Shown here one piece after another: positions 26,332 to 32,000 of a DNA stretch of 32,000 bases. Source of the stretch: Propionibacterium freudenreichii subsp. freudenreichii (GTDB taxonomy: Bacteria > Actinomycetota > Actinomycetes > Propionibacteriales > Propionibacteriaceae); the NCBI RefSeq assembly GCF_000940845.1, contig NZ_CP010341.1, positions 750,001-782,000 of the forward strand, given 5' to 3'. The position numbers were made by a program, and so were the translations under genes. Below the pieces are notes generated by a model, which ran no database searches, was not told the DNA's origin, and saw only the letters and a list, made by a program, of their open reading frames with translations. Numbering within the stretch: the first letter of the stretch is position 1; each line of letters begins with the position of its first letter.

Positions 26332-27333
26332 CTAGATGTACTTCCCCGTGACGTTGTGAACGCGGGCTGAGGGAGTCTGGCCGCCGATCCCGGTGTGGGG
26401 TCTGTGGTGATTGTAGTGATGGAGCCAGGTCTCGTAGGCTGCGGCGCGCTCGGCTTCGCTGGCGTAGGGCTTCGCGTAGGCCCACTCGACGGCGAGGGTT
26501 CGGTTGAACCGCTCGACCTTGCCGTTGGTCTGCGGCCGGTATGGCCGGGTCCACTTGTGCTTCACCTCGTCGCCGAGCGCGTCAGCGAAGGCGCCTGACC
26601 GGTAGCAGGAACCGTTGTCGGTCATCACCGCGGTGACTGTGACGCCCAGGCCTGCGAAGAACGCGTTCGCGCGGGTCCAGAACCCCGCTGCGGTCTCTTT
26701 GCGCTCGTCGTCAAGGATCTCTGAGTACGCGATCCGGGAGTGGTCGTCCACGGCGTGGTGCAGATACCGGTAGCCGCGAGAGCCGGCTGCCCCGGCACGG
26801 GCTGCCTTGTCGCGGGCCACTCCCGCGTGACGGTCCTGCATGGATCCGCGACCGTGGGCACGCCACCCGCCGCCGTCGGGGATCCGGCCTTGTTTCTTGA
26901 TATCTACGTGCACGAGCTGGCCCGGCGCGGCGACCTCGTACCGTGTCGGCTTCGGGCGGCGAACCGGCAGCCCGGTGGCCTGGTCGATGTTGATCAGCTT
27001 CGGCATCTTGTATCGGGCGAGCACCCGACCGACCGTGGAACGGTGCAACCGCAGGTGATACGCGATCCGGTGCGGACCCCACCGGCGAGTGAACCGCAAC
27101 GCGACGATCCGATGCTCCGTCTTACGCGAAAGCCGGTTCGGTGACGAGGTGGGCCTCGAACTACGGTCGATCAACGGCAGCCCTGCCCGGTACCTGTCGG
27201 CCCACCGCTTCACCGTCGCGGGCGAGCACTGGAACCGTTCCGCCGCCCGCCGCAACGACCAGCCCTGTTCCACGACGAGAACAGCAAGACGACGACGCCC
27301 TTCCGGTGTCAAGGGTGCGTTAGCGTGAGTCAC
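26332..27333 (-). CDS. IS481 family transposase (DDE integrase core)
   Basis: Start THANAPLTPEGRRRL; an HTH region; DDE residues in HVDIKK, MTDNGSCY and QTNGKVERFNRTL. GTG 27333 is preceded by GGAGG, and the listed ATG 27375 is less likely. The TAG stop (26332-26334) lies in the flanking CTAG. Confidence 0.9.
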   Translation of the reverse strand: MTHANAPLTPEGRRRLAVLVVEQGWSLRRAAERFQCSPATVKRWADRYRAGLPLIDRSSRPTSSPNRLSRKTEHRIVALRFTRRWGPHRIAYHLRLHRSTVGRVLARYKMPKLINIDQATGLPVRRPKPTRYEVAAPGQLVHVDIKKQGRIPDGGGWRAHGRGSMQDRHAGVARDKAARAGAAGSRGYRYLHHAVDDHSRIAYSEILDDERKETAAGFWTRANAFFAGLGVTVTAVMTDNGSCYRSGAFADALGDEVKHKWTRPYRPQTNGKVERFNRTLAVEWAYAKPYASEAERAAAYETWLHHYNHHRPHTGIGGQTPSARVHNVTGKYI

Positions 27334-27428
27334 GAAGACCTCCGTGGTCAGGAGAGTGAGTGTGGTAACCCACATCCTGCCCGGAGGTCTTCGCTACCTC
27401 ACCCGTTCACAACCTCCCGGGGAAGTAC
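26337..27428 (-). mobile_element. IS481-family insertion sequence (about 1.09 kb)
   Basis: Near-perfect terminal inverted repeats: TGTACTTCCCCGTGACGTTGTGAACG at the left and, as reverse complement of the right end, TGTACTTCCCCGGGAGGTTGTGAACG. It is flanked by CTAGA on both sides (26332-26336 and 27430-27434). The exact ends are ambiguous by a few nt because CTAG is palindromic. Confidence 0.88.
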
Positions 27429-27523
27429 ATCTAGAGAGGCGCAATGCGTGGGTATCTCCATGAGGTGCCGACACGGTGATGTCGACAAATCCTCCTAATA
27501 GTCTTGAGCTGCCCCTACGCCGC

Positions 27524-28144
27524 TCAGCGCGGCGATGTCACCGGCCGACGCATCGCCATCGGATAGCCGTCGGGAGTGATGTTCAACCAACGCGATGGGC
27601 GGAACCCGAAGCGTTCATACAGGCGCTGCGCGCCGGGGGTGGTGGCCTCCAGGCAACAGGCCAGCGGCGGGCCGGCGTCGATCGGTCCGAGCCGGTGGGC
27701 CAGCAGTTCCGCGCCGATGCCGGCGCCCCGTGCGTCGGGGTGCACGGCGATGTCCTCCAGGTACCAGTTCGGCTGGGCCGGGTGGGCCTTCTCGAGCCTG
27801 GCCAGCAGCCTGCGGGCGACGAGCACCTGGCGGGGCCCCAACAACACGGCGCAGCCCACGGCCTGCACCACGGCGCGGGCGAGCGAGAACTTCGGATTGG
27901 GTGCCTGCCATGAGGCGGCGCCCACGATGGCGCCATCGGGCTCGCAGCGCGCGACGTCGATGACACCGGTGCGGAAGGTCCCGGTGCGCAGGGTGAGCTC
28001 ATAGAGCCTTGTCAGCCGGGCACGGCGTCCTGCTCCGGGAGGCACGATCCGTTCGATGAAGGGATCCGATGCGAACCCCAGCATCAGCAGGTGGGCGCAC
28101 TCGGCAAGCTCTTCGCGGGTGGCGGGGCTGATGATGACGGGCAT
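27524..28144 (-). CDS. GNAT family N-acetyltransferase
   Basis: Acetyl-CoA-binding motif A (LEDIAVHPDARGAGIGAELL) and the C-terminal ... RLYERFGF, in a 206-aa protein. Confidence 0.82.
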   Translation of the reverse strand: MPVIISPATREELAECAHLLMLGFASDPFIERIVPPGAGRRARLTRLYELTLRTGTFRTGVIDVARCEPDGAIVGAASWQAPNPKFSLARAVVQAVGCAVLLGPRQVLVARRLLARLEKAHPAQPNWYLEDIAVHPDARGAGIGAELLAHRLGPIDAGPPLACCLEATTPGAQRLYERFGFRPSRWLNITPDGYPMAMRRPVTSPR

Positions 28145-28464
28145 CGAATTCCTTCGGCAGGGAGCGCCAGGACCATATGGGTGCGTTCCCTTGGTGGCTG
28201 ATGTTTGACCCTTGAAGCGTAGACGCGCACGTGCGTGGCTGTCCTGCCGATGGGCGGTGGCCGCATCTCACGGTGAGGCGTCACGATGGTCATGTGGGCA
28301 TGCGGTGAATCACCCGGATCCGACAGGAGTTGGTACTTGCCTTCCTCTCCGCGACCGGCTGGGGCAGGCTCCCATGGTGCGGTTGTGACCAGCCGGGCAT
28401 GTCAGGATGCCGGTCCCCCTAGGCTTCCAGTGAGTGGGGTCCGGAGCGGGTAGGAGGTTCGGGG

Positions 28465-28647
28465 ATGAGGGGAAACGAGGTGGCAACCGCTCGCGTGGCC
28501 ATCGGAGCCTGCGTGGCAGCAGGTGCCTTGTCGGTTCTCGTGCTTCCGTGGATGATGTTCACGGCTGGCGACGCAAGGATCGGGGTTGTCGCGGTGGAGT
28601 GCTTGGCTGGGGTCCTCGCGATTGTCGGAGCCCAGGCCTGGATTCAT
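28465..28647 (+). pseudogene. 5' part of a small high-GC 4-TM membrane-protein gene (gene B) split by ISL3 copy 2
   Basis: ATG 28465 follows a strong RBS (GGTAGGAGG). It encodes 61 codons with two TM helices. The frame is interrupted at the IS end and resumes at 30095. Confidence 0.7.
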
Positions 28648-30086
28648 GGCTCATCCCAATCGGGGGTGTAGGAGTTGGGGTCTGAAGCCGCCGGTCTCGA
28701 GCAGGCTTCGGGCGATGTAGTTGGTCAGGTTGCGGAACCCGAGTGCGGAGCCGCGCAGGTGTTCGAGCCGTCCGTTGAGCGCCTCGGTCGGCCCGTTGCT
28801 GGTGCCGGGTCGTTCGAAGTAGGCGAGCACGTCAGCGGCTCGCTTCTTCAGGGTCCGGCCCAGGGTGGTGAGCTCGGTGAGCACCTTGGGGACGCCGGCG
28901 CTGAGGTCGGTGATCAGCTTCTCCATGAGCTCGCGGCCACGTTGCCGGTCCTCGTGGCGATAGGCGGCGATCATGCGCTGGTAGACACCCCAGGTCGCCT
29001 CGACCTCGACGTGAGCGTCATCAACGAACAGCGCGCGTAGCCTGTCGCTCTGCTTGTCGGTGAGCAGGTCCGCGCCGGTGTGCAGCGTGCGCCGCGACTT
29101 GTAGAGCGGGTCGTCCCTGAACCCACGGTGCCCGTGGATCGCGAGTTGGACCCGGCGCCGGCACCTGTCGAGGGCGTCACCGGCCAGGCGCACGACGTGG
29201 AAGGGATCCATCACCGTGACCGCGTCCGGGATCTCCTCTGCAGCGGCGGTCTTGAACCCGGTGAAGCCGTCCATCGCGACCACCTCGACCGCGTCACGGA
29301 AGGCGTCGTCGCGGTCGGCGAGCCAGGTCTTGAACGCCGCCTTCGACCGGCCCTCGACCATGTCCAGCAGCCTTGCTGGGCCGGCGCCATCGCGGACCGG
29401 GGTGAGGTCGATGATCACGGTGACGTACTTGTCGCCACGCCTGGTGTGGCGCCAGACGTGCTCATCGACGCCAATGACCTTCACGCCCTCAAACCGCGTG
29501 GGGTCGTTGATCAGCAGCCGCTTGCCTTCAGCCAGGACCGCGTTGTTGGCGGTGTCCCACGCGACCCCGAGTCCCTCGGCGACACGGGCGACGGTGAGGT
29601 GTGCGACCACGATCCCTTCCAGCGCCCACCGCAGCCCGGTGCGCGAGAGCTTCGCGCGTGGCTCCGCCGCGGCGCTGGTGTCTTGGCGCCACACGTGTCC
29701 GCAGTCGGCACAGCGGTAGCGGCGCACTACAACTTCCAGCACGGTCGGTCGCCAGCCCAGCGGCTCGTGGGCCAACCGCCGGATCACGGTGTCACGAGCA
29801 GCGCCTTCGCTGCCGCACCGTCGGCACCACTGATCTGGTTCCACCACGCGGCACGCGAGGACCGCACGATCCGGTTCAAGTCGTTGTCCGGTCACGCTCA
29901 GACCGAGGCCGTCGAGTCGAGCGAAGGCGGTCAGGTCAGGGCGGCCGAAGCCGGCCGGCGGGGTAGCGTCGGACACGTCGAGGTCTTTCGGATGGATGGC
30001 GTAGGAACCTCCATCGTCGGGAGACCTCGACGTCTATCTGCGGACCGACGCGCCCGGCCGACCTACACCCTCATCTGAGAAGACCC
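28648..30086 (-). mobile_element. ISL3-family insertion sequence, copy 2 (1,439 bp, apparently identical to copy 1)
   Basis: Same sequence as 24096-25534 at a constant offset of 4,552 bp (all six-frame ORFs are identical). It is flanked by its own perfect 8-bp direct repeat GGATTCAT (28640-28647 and 30087-30094). Confidence 0.92.
28651..29976 (-). CDS. ISL3 family transposase (copy 2)
   Basis: The 441-aa translation is identical to 24099-25424. Confidence 0.92.
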   Translation of the reverse strand: MSDATPPAGFGRPDLTAFARLDGLGLSVTGQRLEPDRAVLACRVVEPDQWCRRCGSEGAARDTVIRRLAHEPLGWRPTVLEVVVRRYRCADCGHVWRQDTSAAAEPRAKLSRTGLRWALEGIVVAHLTVARVAEGLGVAWDTANNAVLAEGKRLLINDPTRFEGVKVIGVDEHVWRHTRRGDKYVTVIIDLTPVRDGAGPARLLDMVEGRSKAAFKTWLADRDDAFRDAVEVVAMDGFTGFKTAAAEEIPDAVTVMDPFHVVRLAGDALDRCRRRVQLAIHGHRGFRDDPLYKSRRTLHTGADLLTDKQSDRLRALFVDDAHVEVEATWGVYQRMIAAYRHEDRQRGRELMEKLITDLSAGVPKVLTELTTLGRTLKKRAADVLAYFERPGTSNGPTEALNGRLEHLRGSALGFRNLTNYIARSLLETGGFRPQLLHPRLG

Positions 30087-30094
30087 GGATTCAT

Positions 30095-30310
30095 TCTTCC
30101 CTGCGCCGAGGCGACGCTCATTACGGGAGGACTGTCGCTGTACCCATCTTTTGCTTGATTCTGTTTGCCGCGGTCTTCTGCCTTGCGCTGGTTTATGCGT
30201 TCAGTGACCTTCTTGCGGGGATCATTGCAGTGGTCGTGGCTACCGCCTTCGAACTGGTCCTGGTGCTTCAGTGTCGGGCTGCGCGGGCAGAGCTCTCGAG
30301 GCGCCGTTAG
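30095..30310 (+). pseudogene. 3' part of gene B (split by ISL3 copy 2)
   Basis: In-frame continuation SSLRRGDAHYGRTVAVPIFCLILFAAVFCLALVYAFSDLLAGIIAVVVATAFELVLVLQCRAARAELSRRR, ending at TAG 30308-30310. It has no internal ATG, so it is absent from the ORF track. Confidence 0.65.
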
Positions 30311-30379
30311 TCCCTCCGATGGGGGAGCGGACGCCCCGCAATGGGTGGCTGGCAGTAGCGTCCAGACCTTGAACGACTC

Positions 30380-30422
30380 GGGGGCGGGAACCCACAGATC
30401 AGATCTGCGCGTTCCCGCCCCC
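30380..30422. terminator. Hairpin between convergent genes (bidirectional terminator candidate)
   Basis: A 12-bp perfect stem (GGGGGCGGGAAC / GTTCCCGCCCCC) with a 19-nt loop that contains an inner CAGAT/ATCTG stem. It lies between the gene B stop (30310) and the ADH stop (30442). Confidence 0.6.
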
Positions 30423-30441
30423 TGTGTGGTCAACGGTTCGT

Positions 30442-31485
30442 TCAGGGCTTCACGAGGATGCGGATCGGGTTGCCCTTGTGGTTCTTCAGGTCGTCGATGC
30501 CGCGCTCAACCTCGGACAGCGGTACCACGTCGCTGATGGATTCGGACAGGTCCAGGCGTCCGAACGAGAGCATCTCGGCAAGGATCGCGATGTCCTGGCC
30601 CTGGTAGCCGAGGTGGCCACGCACCTGCTTGCGCTGCAGGTTGAAGTCCAGGAACGGGCCGGCGTCAATGTCCTGGTCGGACAGGCCCAGCGTGACGACC
30701 TTGCCGTTGACGTCGAGCGATTCGACGGCTGCCCGCACCGTGGCCTGGATGCCGACGGCGTCGAAGGCGACGTCGATCATGCGGCCGTTGGTGACTTCCT
30801 CGATCTTCTTCATCAGGTCGGGATCATCGGAGTGGAAGGCGAAGTCGGCGCCCAGGCGCTTGGCCCGCTCCAGCACCTCGTCGTTCAGGTCAATGGCGAT
30901 CAGCGGCACGGCGCCGGCGCCACGCGCCAATTGCACGAGGTGCGTGCCGACGCCGCCGACGCCCCATATGGCCACGGCATTTCCGGTGTGCACCTGGGCG
31001 GTGCGCACCACGGCGGCGTAGGGGGTGGATACTGCGTCAGCGAGCAGGGCGGCCTGATCCATGGCAACGTTGTCGGGGATCTTGGTGAGGCCCATGGCCG
31101 AGGCCACGTGGTACTGGGCCCAGGCGCCGTCGTAGGCGAAGGCCATCAGGTGCAGGTGCAGGCAGCTGGCGAAGTCGCCGCGGCGGCACTTGCGGCACAC
31201 CATGCAGGGACGTCCGGCCGAGGGGATGACACGGTCGCCGACGCTCCAACCGGTGACGCCCGGTCCGAGCTTGACAATGGTGCCGCTGGCCTCGTGGCCC
31301 TGGGTGACCACCGGCAGTGACGGCGGGAAGTTGCCATTGATCAGGCTCAGGTCGGAATGACAGATGCCACAGTAGGCGACCTTCATGAGAACCTCGCCGG
31401 GTCCCGGTTCGGGGATCGGGATCTCCTCGAGGTGAATACTGTGGTCCTTCGCGTAGAAACGCTCGGCAAGCATCGTTTCAGCCAT
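30442..31485 (-). CDS. Zinc-dependent alcohol dehydrogenase family (MDR) oxidoreductase
   Basis: Catalytic Zn ligands (CGICHSD, GHE); a structural Zn cluster (C..C..C pattern in CMVCRKCRRGDFASC); and the Rossmann motif WGVGGVGTHLVQLA. Confidence 0.9.
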   Translation of the reverse strand: MAETMLAERFYAKDHSIHLEEIPIPEPGPGEVLMKVAYCGICHSDLSLINGNFPPSLPVVTQGHEASGTIVKLGPGVTGWSVGDRVIPSAGRPCMVCRKCRRGDFASCLHLHLMAFAYDGAWAQYHVASAMGLTKIPDNVAMDQAALLADAVSTPYAAVVRTAQVHTGNAVAIWGVGGVGTHLVQLARGAGAVPLIAIDLNDEVLERAKRLGADFAFHSDDPDLMKKIEEVTNGRMIDVAFDAVGIQATVRAAVESLDVNGKVVTLGLSDQDIDAGPFLDFNLQRKQVRGHLGYQGQDIAILAEMLSFGRLDLSESISDVVPLSEVERGIDDLKNHKGNPIRILVKP

Positions 31486-31622
31486 GGGGTGTGCTCCTTT
31501 GAACGGCTGTCTTTACCCTCAAAACTATCTCGCTCTGAGCGGCGACCACGACGGGGGCACCCAAAGTTCACAGAAGGGCACTCAAGTCTGACCGTGCGAG
31601 AAGGACGTGCAGCCGGGCCGGC

Positions 31623-32000
31623 TCATTCGGAGTCGTCGAGCCCACTCACCGCAGCCGCATGGCGATCGGCGGCGGCCACGGCGTGGTTGAAGCTGCTGGT
31701 CAGCGAGCTCAGCGCCTCGATATGGCCCTGCGTGGCCCACACCGATCCGTGCAGGCTCTCGTACCACGCGAGCTGTGGGCGATAGCGGCCCTCGTCGGTG
31801 AGCTTCTGGAACAGCGCGGTCCACTGGGCGTCGACGCCGAACACGACCGCCCAGGGCAGGCAACGGCTGAAGACATCGCCGCTGTGCTTCCAGTCGATCA
31901 ACTCGGGATCGGGATCGGACAGGAACTGGCGGAAGCCCTCGGCCTGTTCCAGCACGGCGCTGCCCTGGGGGGTGCGCGAGGGGGTGAAGGGCATGATCGC
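31623..32000 (-). CDS. C-terminal part of a DUF2207-like membrane protein (5' end outside the window)
   Basis: The tail motif ... EGFRQFL ... DVFSRCLPWAVVFGVDAQW ... resembles the conserved C-terminus of DUF2207 proteins. The frame stays open to the window edge upstream of the listed Met. Confidence 0.5.
   Translation of the reverse strand, partial: AIMPFTPSRTPQGSAVLEQAEGFRQFLSDPDPELIDWKHSGDVFSRCLPWAVVFGVDAQWTALFQKLTDEGRYRPQLAWYESLHGSVWATQGHIEALSSLTSSFNHAVAAADRHAAAVSGLDDSE

Noticed and set aside
28235-28244. A 10-bp palindrome CGCACGTGCG in the GNAT / gene B divergent spacer as an operator.
   Set aside because: It is short and isolated, no regulator gene is adjacent, and the expected chance frequency in GC-rich DNA is not negligible.
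24096-30086. A composite transposon formed by the two ISL3 copies.
   Set aside because: Each copy has its own matching 8-bp TSD, and the outer flanks (TCTATCCT versus GGATTCAT) do not match. The interval was therefore not mobilised as a unit.

Overview
This is a high-GC actinobacterial chromosomal segment. Hand counts of single 60-nt lines give about 57-77% G+C in the core. Gene content and synteny (pcrA, perM-purN-purH, folD-DUF3017, mdh/icd, metG) fit Actinomycetota. A Propionibacteriaceae-like origin is only a guess and cannot be verified here.

Positions 1-23.8 kb are housekeeping core. They encode pcrA (5' end off-window), a PerM-like membrane protein, purN, purH, folD and a DUF3017 protein. 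Next come mdh, type-II NADP-icd, azlCD, a CNNM/CorC-type protein and an APH-like kinase. The core ends with a BMP lipoprotein, an RNase HI-DUF4440 fusion, a 2H phosphoesterase, an enoyl-CoA hydratase-family protein, metG, a class-II sirtuin, a lower-GC DUF3290-DUF421 pair, and a MerR regulator divergent from a CMD-family gene.

Positions 23.85-30.3 kb are an accessory patch:
- A Sir2 gene is cut down to a 56-codon stub.
- About 1 kb of low-GC DNA (about 45% in one hand-counted line) carries small membrane-protein ORFs.
- Two identical 1,439-bp ISL3-family elements each have their own 8-bp target duplication, and each splits a small 4-TM membrane-protein gene.
- There is one IS481-family element at a CTAG site, and a GNAT acetyltransferase.

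The window ends with a Zn-dependent ADH and the 3' part of a DUF2207-like gene.

I found no rRNA, tRNA, CRISPR array or recognisable defence, toxin-antitoxin or restriction-modification system. The least expected signals are two. First, five unrelated degenerate tandem arrays (15-17 bp and 31 bp periods) sit in intergenic spacers; three of them re-copy a gene's stop codon into all three reading frames. Second, the IS-riddled low-GC membrane-protein cassette. Many long ORFs in the supplied track are GC-driven shadow ORFs or upstream extensions and were not called.
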